The notes: a model not told the origin generated them from the letters alone. A stretch of DNA of 64,000 nucleotides from Azolla caroliniana (GCA_043228905.1 JBHGNT010000013.1:21018001-21082000), one strand, 5' to 3'; counted from the first letter of the stretch, positions 1 through 12,598 are shown. Numbers and translations: made by a program.

Positions 1-3000
1 GCTACTGGAGGCGAAGACCTTCCTGACCGAGATCTAACGGACAAGGAATGGTGTATGCAATATATCGACTCAAAGAAAAAAGTCGTATTGTATACATCAA
101 AGAAGAAGGGTGAGGGGCAGCTAGGAAAAGAAACTCCATTTATGTATGGCCGAATTCTACGATTTGACTACGAAGATGCAGATTCGGCCAACATACTGGT
201 AATGATAGAGTGCTCCAAGGGGGTACGCAAAGTGTTCCTTTCAGAAGACCTTTTAGTAAAGGAATCTTGTGGGCCTGAAGTGTTCAAAAAAGCACTTGAT
301 AACTCACAAAACCTGATTGTTACCTTGAGGCCTTATATACAAGGCCATGTAACTCTACGAGATGAAGAGCCCTCCCACTTGAAGGCCACTAAAAAGGTAT
401 CCAAAGTCCAGTCAAGACCAGCCAAGAAGAAGACAACGAAAATGTCGGATACGGATTCGACAAGTGACAATGAAGAAGAGGATAATAAGGGGACGCCAGG
501 AGCCGAGCTGGCCTCGGGTGTTTTGTCATCCGAGCAGAATAAAATAAGAAGAGAGTTAATGAAACGGAAGCTGGTCAGGAAAGGGCAAGTATTTAATTTG
601 CCTATAACACACATCCATCGGCCCCCTATTGATGAAAAAACAGGTCGAAGACCACTTGAGATTAGAGAGCCTCATCGCATGCATGTTCAAAATCTCAAGA
701 AAAAAATGAAAATTAATCCTCATGCCACAGTGGTGCCTTTTATTGTTATGGTGGATCCTGAAGAATGTGAAACCATTGAAGATTTTGATATTAGAAAGCA
801 TGATCAATATAATTATTTTGTCATTGGTGGATCGCATTCAGCAGAGGCACGTCGACAACTTGTCAGAGAACATCCAACCACTTTCTTCTTCAAGTATGCC
901 GAGTGCAAAATATATGTTGGGCTCACAACCGAAGAGGCTAAGCTGTTGGCATGGGACCATAATAATGATAATGACTATAGGCAGAAAATGTCGTCTATTG
1001 AGCGAATCCGGTTCTTCCACCACGAGTATTTAGATGTGAAACAAAAGTTTGGTGTGAAGTTACATCCAGGCCTTCGACGTCAATGTCTGCATGAAGTCGG
1101 CATTGTGGTAGATGATAATGTTAGGTCCGATGGTCTTCGAAAGTATGAATCTTGGTTTCAATTGGCGTTTAGAGATGGAGAAGTATGGGACCTCCAAGAT
1201 CAAATCTTCTCAATGTGGGAGAATAAGGAGGTAAAGGGTCAACGACAAAAGAAATGTAGGGTTGACCCTCAACTAGAATTAAAGTCACAAGCCGCCAAGA
1301 GAATTGACTTGACAATTGAAGAAGCGGCAGACGACATGAAGCTGTCTCTATGGAGAGCGATGCAAGGTATTAAGGACGAGCAGCTTCTTGTGTCCGTTTT
1401 GTCAAGGGTTGTGGCGAAAGATTTAAGCCTTGAAGAAATGGTCACCGAGTTCAATAAGTAAGTCTTTCAAATACTGAAATTGTAGTCTATCTGGTGTAAT
1501 TCAAAGTTCTAATCTTGATTTCTAATTTTACAGTCATAAGGTGTACATGAAGATCCAAGAAGTAATGATGAAACAACTTGGATGTATAACTTGGGAACAA
1601 GTGACCGAGGCGTTATCAGAGTATTTTATTGCATTCAAGGATTGGGTTAGTATTGATATTTTTTCATTACCCTTTCATCATATGTAGAGGTTGCGTAATA
1701 ATACCTGATGTCCTATTGCTTCTATTAGAAACCGTGTCGAGGCAAGAAACAAGGAGAAGTTAAGGATATACACGATTTCCCTACATCCTTCCTTGCACAT
1801 CTCGAGCGAGCTAGAAAAGAAAAGGATCGTCGCTTAGTCAAGGCGTACGAAATGGAGGAAGATGGCTCGTTTAAAAAATTTAGCCACAAGAAAGATATTA
1901 CGAGAGATCTTTACTACAATGTGGTTTGCGGTGATGTCATCGACTTGATCCAGAAGGTGCCAAAGAAGGAATATACGCTAATGATTGCGGATATTCCTTA
2001 CGGATTTCGAATGGCTGGGTCATCATACGACGATGAACCGTTTAGGTTTAAACAATTGGAGAAGATGGTCAAGGATTTCGCTGAGCTAACGACCGCATCC
2101 TTGTGGCGAATAGTTGTCTTTCATAGTATGGACCAAGGGTACTCGGTAGCTCAAGCTTTGAGATCTCGTTGCCATGGCATCGAGAACCTTGCATGGTAAG
2201 GATTATTTATAGGTGTCTTTCATTATATTGCAATTCTTAAGGTTGTTGAATCTATTTTTAACTCGATGAATTATTTTTTATAGGATCAAGACCAATGTAA
2301 ATAGAGGGCCAACTTTTCGGTTCGTTAATGCCATTGAATACATAACGGTTGGCTACTTCGATGAAATTAAAAAACAGAGAATCAAAGAGCATTCTAATGA
2401 AGTGGGAGGTTCAAATCTGTTGGTATATCCAGCAGTGACTCGGAAATTGCGACATGTCACCACGACAGAACGGGGACTTGTCAACCCATACCAAAAACCT
2501 CAACGACTTATGATGCGCTTGATCGAGATGTTTTCTGTCGAAGGAGACTGGATATTAGATCTCTTTTCTGGCACAGGTATTCCTCGAACTAGGGTAACGA
2601 TCTTGAGATAACCAATCCCTTTTTTTTCGTTTGACAACTAAATCTTCTTGTTACTTACATCACAGGAACTACGTCAGCATGGCATTGAAGGCTGTTTAGG
2701 AATACAGTTGCATTGGAGAAGGACGAGGACCAAGTTATATTTATTAATATGCGGATTAAGGCTTTGTGGGAGTGCCCAGACCAGGATGAGGAGGTCGGTG
2801 CAAAGAACCTCGCCAATACAGAAAGGTTTCAACCCGCTTCGCGAGAGCCTATTCCTCCGTTAGCCGGCGAACCGGGAGAGCTAATAGAGCTTGATGATGA
2901 GCTTATAGAAGATATTTCGTTGGCCCGGCTAACAGGGGAAACCAATGCACGTATAGCCGAAGACAGTTCTACACAAGATGATGAAGAAAATGACGTAGAT

Positions 3001-3018
3001 GAATTGATTGCTATGTAA
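1..3018 (+). CDS. Spliced gene: ParB/Sulfiredoxin-like domain fused to a beta-class N4C/N6A DNA methyltransferase (N6_N4_Mtase-like). Exons <1-1457, 1534-1645, 1729-2195, 2284-2576, 2666-3018; in-frame TGA at 2686-2688; 5' end probably outside the window
   Basis: Four GT..AG introns (76, 83, 88, 89 bp) join the listed ORFs with consistent phase. ParB-like core VFNLPITHI...PFIVMVD...YFVIGGSHSAEARRQL...LAWDHN...MSSIERI. MTase motifs in beta order: ADIPYG (motif IV, 1987-2004), WIKTN..NAIEYI, NPYQKPQRLMMRLIEMFS, WILDLFSGTGTT (motif I), RNTVALE. Frame is open from base 1. Confidence 0.85.
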
Positions 3019-3415
3019 TAGACTCTATAAAGAATATGACACTGACGATTTGTTAAGATTTCACATTATTAATACAAATTTTGGGTTTTACCTAGTGGAT
3101 TCTATTCTTTATAATCATCTATATGTTTCAATTTTATTTTTATATACCTCATTAGTAGATTTATGATATTGGTTTCACCGCGTGCATAGCTGACTACCAA
3201 ACTTATGGAGAAACATGAACTAGCTTAAATGGAGGCTGATTTTGGTCCAAGCTAACCTTAACAGAACATGGCCCTATAATTATTGCCATGACTGTCCATG
3301 TTGTTATTATGGATCTTTGTCTTATATTGTTAAAACAGGTCTAGTTTCTATTCCATTGCTGCTTAGATTGTGTAGTGTGTTGATAATGGTTCCAGTTGCG
3401 TTATCGTTCGGAGTT

Positions 3416-3690
3416 TGATCTTGTGTGAATCACCTAAGCAATAGAGTAGATCAATTTTAAATATAGGTATGAAAGCCTAATAGGTTTGTTATTTCCACGA
3501 CATTATCCTAAAGTTCACTGCCTTACATTGTGCACAATTATATACACATATGGTTTGATCCCATATGAACAAACTGAGGAATAGATTAGATCAACTTTTA
3601 ATATAAGTATTGAATACTTTAATAAGTTAGTTATTCCAATCACTTATCCTAATGTGCACTATCCTACATTTTCGACAATTACATACATGC
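3416..3690. repeat. Two degenerate ~140-bp tandem copies downstream of the MTase gene
   Basis: tgatc..atagagtagatcaattttaaatatag..cattatcctaa..cacaattatatac recurs at +140 as tgatc..atagattagatcaacttttaatataag..cacttatcctaa..gacaattacatac. Confidence 0.55.
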
Positions 3691-4323
3691 ACGTATGGCT
3701 CAAAGTATAAATTATATCTCATTTTATTAGTATGGATACAAGTACACCTCATAATTTTGTAAAACCTACCTAATTAATATAAGTCTTTAAGTTAGTGTTT
3801 CCCTTGTCGCACAATAGTGCCATATTGAGCCATAGTTGAACTTTATTTAGATACATTAACTTATCAACATGTCTAAACTTGCATGATTTCTAATGATCTC
3901 CACTCGTAGATCTATCATGTATTTTTATATTTGCAAATTCTTATCAAGTTGAGGAACATGTGATACTAGTGCATCCAATTATTGTAGAGAGGGTGTATTT
4001 GCTTCGTTTTAAGAAGATTCTACAAGTGGAATGCGCAATCCTTCCACTTGTGAACGCGAACGTGTTTTTACTACATTATAATATTTTTGCGCTTCTGTCC
4101 GTCGGTTACGATTCCATTGGACAACACCTGGCACGCCTGTGGGACAGTGCCATGGCACATCAGACCCATCCCTCTATTCTTCCTCCAAAATATCCCGGAT
4201 GTTTGGCTCCGCTCCTACGTACTGGTTCGAGGACGATGCAGTGCCCGTAGGAGCGTCATTGCTCAGTTGCCTATCTTGTACTTCCTCGGTCGTCATGGGG
4301 GTTTCCATGGCGTAAACTTCTCC

Positions 4324-7260
4324 CTACGTGGGCGGACCCAGCTCTATTGGCTCATTCCGTTCTACTATGGCTGGCTCTTCCGTCTGCGGGCTCTCGGTAG
4401 GTTGAGGCTCTGTCCTATCCGTAACTTCCTCAGTGTTGCCGACCGTAATTGTTATCTCCAGTGAATTGGGCTGAGGTTCCTCCTGTTCAACGGTATCACT
4501 TTCTGGTATCACGATGGGCTCCGTTCTTAGACGTGTGTTGCTTACCATAGTTGTCATCTCCGGAGAATTGGGTTGAGGTTCCTGTTGTTCTACGGTTTCA
4601 CTTTCTGGTATCGTGATGGGCTCCGCTCTTTGCCGCATGCTGCTTGCTTCCATGATTCGGTGAAACATATCGTCCTGACTTTCGCTGAAATCGTCCAGAA
4701 GCTGCGCAAGTTCCTCGGAGTGTTGGTCCGCTAGCGTGCGATAATCCTGTGTTTGTTCCTCGCGTACTGCCGCAATGCCTTCCTCATTGAGCTTGTAGAA
4801 ACCTCGGCCTTCTTTTCTACGGTTTTCCCAGTCCGCCCAGTAGGTATGCAACTCGCCGCTTGTGTTGCCCACGCCATCCAGCCTTTGTCTACCGTTGCTT
4901 GTAATTGCGCCGTAAACCTCTCCCGATTTGTTTGAAGAAGTATGCGCACGTTGTTCGTTATGACTTGGCAACGGTTGTGCGCTTCTTCCAGGGTTTTTTT
5001 GAGGTTTTCGATTTCATGCTTATTAACCACAACCGCTTCCTCATAATGGTTCTTCATCCTTGCCCATATCTGGGATTCTTTCAAGTGTAATTCCTCCAGC
5101 TGGCCCATTTCATTGTTCAGGTGAACTTTGACCTGATGCCTCACCTCCTGCTCTCATATGAGCTGCTTGTCGTACCACACTTTCTTCTTTTCCAATAACT
5201 CCTGGAGTCCTGTGATCGCGGCTTCCAACTTTTGGGCTTCCTCCTGTAGTTTGGTGTTTTCTTCTTTCATGCGGGTGTGCTTGCTACCTCCGCTTCGAGT
5301 GCCTTCATTGCCTTTCGGCCTTTGGCCCGTATGTCCTTTTCTTTGTCGGAGGATTGGCGGAGTTCGAAGCGGAGGCAGTCAATCTCGGACTTCGCAAGCT
5401 GTGTAGCCCTTTTTGCTTTAGCAGCGAAGGCCTGTTGTGCGGCTATCTCCTCTTGTAGGGTTATCGAGGGGTCCTCACCCGCTGTTGGTTCAGGATTTTG
5501 CGGTGCCCTAGTAACGCTCTGTTCGAGCTTTGTAAAGCGCTCTTGGCCCTTCTGTAATTGGGCTTGAGTCAACTTGGCTGTTTTCCACATGTTTTTATTC
5601 TTGCTAGCCATATCCTTGGCCCCCACACTCACTCTAGCCAATTCCCAATGTACCTCAACCAGGGCCGCATTCAGTGGAGGTAGTTCAATGCCCATATGTC
5701 AAATCCCCACATTCTGTTGCTTGCCTACCTTGGCTAGAGACCCTTCATCCTCACTTTCCGTTGTTTGTGTGAGCGCACACTCAATCATCTGTTGTTTTGC
5801 GTGCTCCTTCGCCATTCTTTGTGATACCTTAATTTGCTGTGTTGCCAAAAATTCCATGAGTTTGTAAGTTGTTCCAAATTGTAGTAGTGCACTAAACTCA
5901 TGGGTTGTATCCGGAATGTCCGGGTACTTTAGGACTTCGCTTTCCGCCGTGAGTACACATTTCCCACGCTGCGACTGGGCCGTAATGATCGGCCGTGGTT
6001 CCCGGATTATTTTGAAAGTGGTGTTGGGCTCTGTAGTTGCGTAACTGTCAACCAAGGCGGACGTGTCTGCCAAAAATTCCATGAGTTCGTAAGTTGTTCC
6101 AAATTGTAGTAGCGCACTGGACTCATGGACTGTATCCGGAATGTCCAGGTACTTTAGGACTTCGCTTTCCGCCGTGAGTACACCTTTCCCACGCTGCGAC
6201 TGGGCCGTAATGATCGTCCGTGGTTCCTGGATTATTTCGAAAGTGGTGTTGGGCTCCGTAGTTGCGTAACTGTCAACCAAGGTGGTCGTGTCTGCCAAAA
6301 CATCCATGAGTTCGTAAGTTGTTCCAAATTGTAGTAGCGCACTGAACTCATGGGCTGTATTCGGAATGTCCTGGTACTTTAGGACTTTGCTTTTCGCCGT
6401 GAGTACACCTGTCCCACGCTGCGACTGGGCCGTAATGATCGGCCGTGGTTCCCGGATTATTTCGAAAGTGGTGTTGGGCTCCGTAGTTGTGTAACTATCG
6501 ACCAAGGCGGTCGTGTCTGTTTCTGCGGTTTTGTCTATGTCCGCGGTTGTGTCTTTGACTAGTCTGCACCCATATTTCTGGTCTAGCCTACGCCGTTTTG
6601 GCCTCGGGCTTTCTTGGCGTTGTTCGACTTCTTGGTCATGTGGAGCTTCCTCCTTGCTTGCCAACCGTTCTCCTTGTGTTGTTTGCGTGCGGGGCTGGGA
6701 AGATTGTGGTTTACCATCCCATTCTGTGGTAGCCAACTCCGCTAACCTCCGTTTCTCGGAATGTGGTGGTGGCGTGGGTTTGCTGGGCTGTGGTGCGGGC
6801 AGAACTCGGGGTGGAAATAGTATCGTCAGATACTGTTGTATGATTGGCCTTAGCTTTTTGCCACCCTGATACACGTGCAGGCCTTCCTGTAAAGCTGGTC
6901 CCGTAATTACCCCTCAATCGACCACACGCCCTTCAAAGGTGTCAATGATAATGCCTGCCTTCAGCTTTGGCATCCCATAGGCATTTACGTGCAGGTGGCC
7001 TACCTCCAACAAGAACTTGGCTATTTCTCGAAAGAAGGGGTCGGGGATTTCCTTTGTCCTGTATGTTTTGGCGGACACCGAATATGCCCTGAAATATCCC
7101 TATAGGGTTTCCGCAGGAGGGATGTCGAAATGTTTCTCCCCAATCGATGATAAGTCAAGCTTCTTCTGGATGGTAGTGTTGGTGACTGTGCCTATGTTGA
7201 GCTTCCTGGCAATTTCAAGGGTTTAGGGTGAGCAAGTGCCTCGGTGACTTTGATTTATCC
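4324..7260 (-). pseudogene. Extra sense-strand ORF region downstream of pol (broken ORFs 5699-6874, 5267-5695, 4731-5144, 4324-4971), coiled-coil-like and repeat-rich
   Basis: Consecutive long - strand ORFs between the integrase stop (7658) and the 3' LTR remnant, separated by single stops or frameshifts. Confidence 0.6.
5843..6517 (-). repeat. 3 x 225-bp in-frame tandem repeat (75 aa) in the extra ORF
   Basis: The tccatgag block recurs near 5851, 6076 and 6301; protein unit ALVDSYATTEPNTTFEIIREPRPIITAQSQRG...LLQFGTTYELMEFLA. Confidence 0.9.
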
Positions 7261-7657
7261 ATCCAGTCTCTTTTTGAGAAGCCATATGCGCAAGGCGGCG
7301 GAAATAGTGATCGGCATCGTAGGTGGAGGAGATTCGTGGTTAGTGGATGATGTTTGCTGGCTATGGCGGGCGCAGGCTCTGTGGTAGGATGGGGAGTTGG
7401 GTGAGTGAGGAGAGCGACGAAAGAGAGGAGGGTTAAGGACTGAAGAATATTTTCTGCACCGTGCAGAAAACTTTTGCTTTCCTCTTTTTGTGGCCTAGGG
7501 TTCATTGGCCTGTGTGCCATCGTGGTGCCGCGTGTTCTTTCTCTAGTAGTTTGTGCATGCATCCAGTCCTTTTAATAACGTCACTATCTTCTTCTTCTTT
7601 TTCTAACAGTTAAATACAATATTACTGTTACACTATAATATAGGTGGGTCCCTTTAA

Positions 7658-10600
7658 TTAATCTGCGGATTCTTCGGCCGTGTTGTTTACAGCGTGGAAC
7701 GGGTTCGGTGGCACCGGTCCCTGGTAAGGTTTTAGTCGAAACCCATTCACCTTTTGTCGTAACACTTCCCCGGCCAGGGTGCCTAGTTGAAACGTGTCAT
7801 TTTCCGCGCTAGCGATCCAGTACGGCCCCGTCCAGCGGAATCTTAATTTGCCTGGCATTTGCCCCATCCATGTTTGAAAGACTAGGACCGCTTTGCCGAC
7901 CACAAAATCTTTTTCACGTGCATTTCAATGCCGGTCCACGAATGCTTTACGCCGACACTACTCTTGTTCCAATATGGCCATGCTTCGTAATCGTGTCTCG
8001 CCTAGTTCGAGCAGCTGTTGTAGCCATATTTGTTCGGATTTGTCTTCTAATAGCCAGTCTCGTACCTGAATCCACAGACTGGGTACTTGAAATTCGATTG
8101 GCATTACGGCCTCCAACCCAAATGCTAGCCGGAAAGGCGTGGATTGTATGCTAGTCTTATAGTTGGTTTGGTACGCCCATAACACGCTGTGTAATTTGGT
8201 ATGCCGGTCTGTTTTGTTCTCATTGATGATCTTTTTTAGTATCGTTTGTAACGTTTTGTTCATGGACTCCGCTAAACCATTCGCCTGTGGATAATATGAC
8301 GTGCTCTTCTTGTGGACAACGGCATAGTGTTGTGTCAGCTCCCGGATGGCCGAATTCAGAAAGTGGCTTGCTTGGTCACTAATGAGCTCAATAGGGCAGC
8401 CAAAACGACACCAGATATGTTCGTAAAGAAATTTCTCCGTCACTGCCGCGAAATTTTCTCGTAGTGCCTTCGCTTCCACCCACTTAGTGCAATAATTAGT
8501 ACCCACGAGTATATATTTATTGCTAGTCCGAGCTGCCGCTGGTGTAAATGGCCCCACGAAATTGAGTCCCCATTTCCCCATTTCTGGAATGGATCCAATG
8601 GCAACACTGGTTGATGTGGCATCATTGCGACCTCTGTGGGCTGGCCTATCCGTTGACACAGGGTGCATTGTTTGCAATATTCATACGCATCCTTTTGCGT
8701 AGTCGCCCACCATAGGCTGGCATGCCAGACTTTACGAGCCATAACATCGCCCGTGTAGTGTCCTCCTGCTGTACCACAGTGCGCTTCGCGTAAAACCGCT
8801 TCCTTCTCATCTGGGCGTATTCGGTGTCGCCAGATTCCTTCGCTGCCTTTGTGATACAGGACCCCTTCGACCAAACAAAAGTTACGACTTTGGACGGCCA
8901 ATCGTTTCTTTTCGTCCGTTCTTAATTGTGGCGGTGGTAATCCAGTGGTAAGAAAGAATGTCATCTCCATTAACCAACGATCGGGAAAAGTTTTTTCTGT
9001 ACATGTCACTATAGTTGTGATCTACATGATGTCTGCATCCGAAAAGTCGTCGTCCTCCTTTCGCACCATTTCTCCATTATCTATCTTGCTTAAGAAATCC
9101 GCTATAGTGTGTTGCGTACCCGGTCGATATTGTATAACAAAGTCGAACTCCTGGAGCAACAACATCCATCTAGCCAATTTTCGTGTTAGCGCTTGCTTCC
9201 CCACGAGGTATAGCAACGCCGTATGGTCCACGTGAAACGTAAATTTCCGCCCCAGTAGATAATGTCGGAATTGATTGATGTTGTATATCGTCCCCAATGC
9301 TTCTTGTTCCGTTGTGGAGTAGTTACGCTCCACCTTTGATAGCTTCCTACTGGCATAATATACTGGTATGTACCAAGTCAGCTCTATGAGTTGCATCAAC
9401 ACACTACCTTTTGTTATGTCTGAGGCGTCTACAAAAACGTGAAATGGTTTCCCCCAATCTGGTGATTGGTGCTTGAGTCAACATTATTTTAAGCGCATCG
9501 TATGCCTTTTCTTTAGTTGTCGTCCAGTTGAAAGGTGTACGGTGGACGGCGACATGTAATGGCGTGGTGAAATCCGCTAGATATTGTAACATCCGACTAT
9601 GCCAATGTATTTGTCCTAGAAAATGACTGAGTGCTTTGTCCAATACGCTGTCGGTGAAAGGTAAGGGGAACGCATTTGTAATAGTTACGGCGTTCAATTT
9701 CTAATAGTCTACGCAAACGCGGATTTTTCCATTTTTCTTCGGAACTACGACTATCGGGCTCAGCCACGTAGCTTGCTTGACTGGTCGAATGAATCTAGCC
9801 TTGAGAAGTTTGTCAATTTCTTCTTTTACACGAGTTGCGTAGTTCAGATTCATTCAGTATCGATGCTGCTGAATAGGTTTCACGTCGATAGCTAAATTGA
9901 TCTTATGCTGGTAGAATTTTGGATCTAATCCCTTCATGTCTTCGTGGGACCACACGAACACATCTTTATATTCCTTGAGCAAAGCTAACATCGCCTCTTT
10001 CTGATCTAGTAGTATGTCTTTCGCGATGGAGAGTAATCGGGGATTCGCTGTCGTTCCTACATTAACTTCTTCCAATGCTAAGGCAGTGACTCGTCGTGAA
10101 ATTTCCATTTCTTTCTCGAATGCGACCCGTGCTCGGTTTAATTCCAGTATCGACTCTGGGTCCGGTTCATAAGCCTCTTTGTGAAGTGTAGTGGGAGTAG
10201 CGTACTCCGCCACAGTTTCTATTACGTCAATTTCGAATAGTGGGATGATTTGCGGGTGCTCATCCAGGTACGCTTCTACCTCTGTATCGTCCACTCCTTC
10301 CAGCATATTTATGTCTTCTGTGTACAATGGTGTCATTCCTTTCGGATGCCCCGTCATTTCTTCTATGGGTACGCGAACTTTACTGCGTCCTCGTCGGAAA
10401 CTGATACAATTATGTTGCCAGCTATGTTTGATGTTCGCCGAATGAAGCCAAGGTCTGCCAAGTAGTATTGGGTATGCTCCGGAGAGTCGAGTGTGAGTAC
10501 TACCGCCGAGATGTCAAAGTGGTGACCGCCAATGACGATGCATAGTTTCCGGATTAACCCTAAGGGCCTAACAGATCGGGTATCCATCATGCGAAGCCGA

Positions 10601-12545
10601 AAGGGGCAAGCTTCCCATTCTGAAATTCCTAACTGTTTACACGTCTTTGCACTAATCACATTAACACCCGAGCCCCCATCGATTATACAGCCTGTTATTT
10701 CCTTCCCGTGTAATACTAGCTTAATGGCTAGATTGTGGTGATCCACCACCGTTGGTCCGGGGCTAATTTTGGCAAAATTTACTGAGACATTTATACCAGG
10801 CCTACCTATTATGCAATATTCGACGACTTGCCGGAATCGTGGAACTTGTTGAAGGAGTTTTTCCATAGTTATGGTTATTTCGTAGCCTGCTAGTGCTTGC
10901 CATATGGGGTCCAACGGCCCAACATTGGTTGCGGACTCCTGCCGCATACGCGTCGTATTTGCCGCGTTCGCTTTTTCTACCCATGCTTGGGCCGCTTTGC
11001 GTACCTCATCTTGTGCAGCCCAGTCAACATTCTTTGTTTGTTGTCATGTTGTAACCTATTGAACTTCCGATGTAATCGTATTTACAGCTGGTCCTTTGCC
11101 CTTGCGCAATGGACGTTGAGTTGCGTAGTGTCTAGGCTCTTGCCAGGCAAAAAAATGGACGTTGGACTCTCCTTTCTCTGGAGCTGGTGGCAGATTCCTA
11201 TCCCCAATGTCGTTGGCTCCTCCTGGTCTTGTTGCATTCTCCAGGAATTCCGGGCTATTTGCGGTTGGTTCCTGCGTGACTCTTGGCGTAGGTCATCCTC
11301 CGAACTTTGGTCATAATGCCATTGGTCCCTATACTGTCGATGCTTTCCTTGTGAGTGCGGCCCATTGAATCCACCACGCCTATTCATCGACAGTGGTTGT
11401 CGTAACGATGCCCTCCTTTATTATACTGGTGGTTGCCCCAATATTCTTCATCCTTCGGCTCCTCTTCGTCGGAATCGTTGCTATTCTGGCGATTGCGGTA
11501 GTTCTGGTCATCGCGTGGATTTCGATCAGTATATCAGGTTTGTTCCTCTTGGCGCCTTGGATCATTTCGGCGAGGTGGTCGCTGTGGTTCTACGCATCGT
11601 ACTGTGGGCATAGGTCTGTTCAACATATTGTACTCACATTGCTCGACCGTGTGTGCCTTTGAGTGACAAATTGGGCGGTGAATTCGCATATTGCATTCTA
11701 CAACGGAGTGCCTGGAATTGAGGCAAATCGTGCACTGAATAGCATGACAAAAGTGGCGTTCCTCGTCTTGAGGCAATGTCTGTCGTAATGAGGACAAAGA
11801 AAATCCTTCCTCCTCTTCGTCCAACTCAAGCTATAGTACTCGCTCGATGACCATGTCGGTTGTTTCCCCTTTCACACTACGTGTGTTGAGCGTCGTCTTG
11901 ATAGGACGTCGTAGGGCTACCACAGACGTCTCCCTGGCCTCGTCATCTGTCGAGGCCCGTTCTAATTTTTGCCATAGATTTTGGAAGCATAAACTAAAGT
12001 CTGCGACCGATTCTGCTGGTAGCTGCTTGATCATGTAGAACTGCCCGATGATTTTGCGTTGAGGTACCCTCCGATGAAAAAATCGTAGAAATGCTGACAA
12101 CAACTGGTTGAAGGTGTGGATCGCTGGTAGATCCATCTGTGAATGCCAAAACACGGCTGTACCATCCAGAGTTAAACCAAACTCTGTCATTTTTTACTAG
12201 TCCGCTTCCTCTTCTCGAAATCGCTGCTCCATGTGATTCGCGTTCCTAAAGTTCAGGAATAGCCGGATGTGGCTTGCACTGTCTGTTTCGCCATTAAAGC
12301 ATGGTTAGGAGAAGGACATTCTGGATGCGATGGTGGGCAGGGAAAGATCACAGTACTCGTGTGGTGATAGAACTTCTTGCTTGACGTCGCGATGTTGGGT
12401 GAGCGGGGAGTCGACTTTGTGGTTCGGACAGATATTACTGAGGTGAGGTTTTTGCCTTGCGCACTCCTCTGTCTGGCGTGTGATGGACCTCGTGAGTGGT
12501 TGGACTTGTCGGGTCGTTTCTCTGGGTCGCCTATGGCTAGACATC
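7658..12545 (-). pseudogene. Fragmented gag-pol polyprotein (gag, CCHC knuckles, aspartic protease, partly deleted RT, RNase H, integrase)
   Basis: FGLTLDGTAVFW gag; CTICLNSRHSVVEC; IIDGGSGVN protease; YYASRKLSKVERNYSTTEQEAL RNase H; H..GGH..C..C, ELISDQASHF and YYPQANGLAE integrase; many stops and frameshifts. Confidence 0.9.
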
Positions 12546-12598
12546 CATCCCTTGTTGTTCATCTGTGAGAAATCACAGATCACCAGGCGTGCCAAACG

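Noticed and set aside
1-3018. Bacterial or phage contamination as the source of the ParB-MTase
   Set aside because: Four phase-consistent spliceosomal introns and contiguity with plant retrotransposons.
4022-4051. Hairpin as a Helitron 3' end or terminator
   Set aside because: No CTRR terminus at the expected distance on either strand, and intrinsic terminators are not relevant here.
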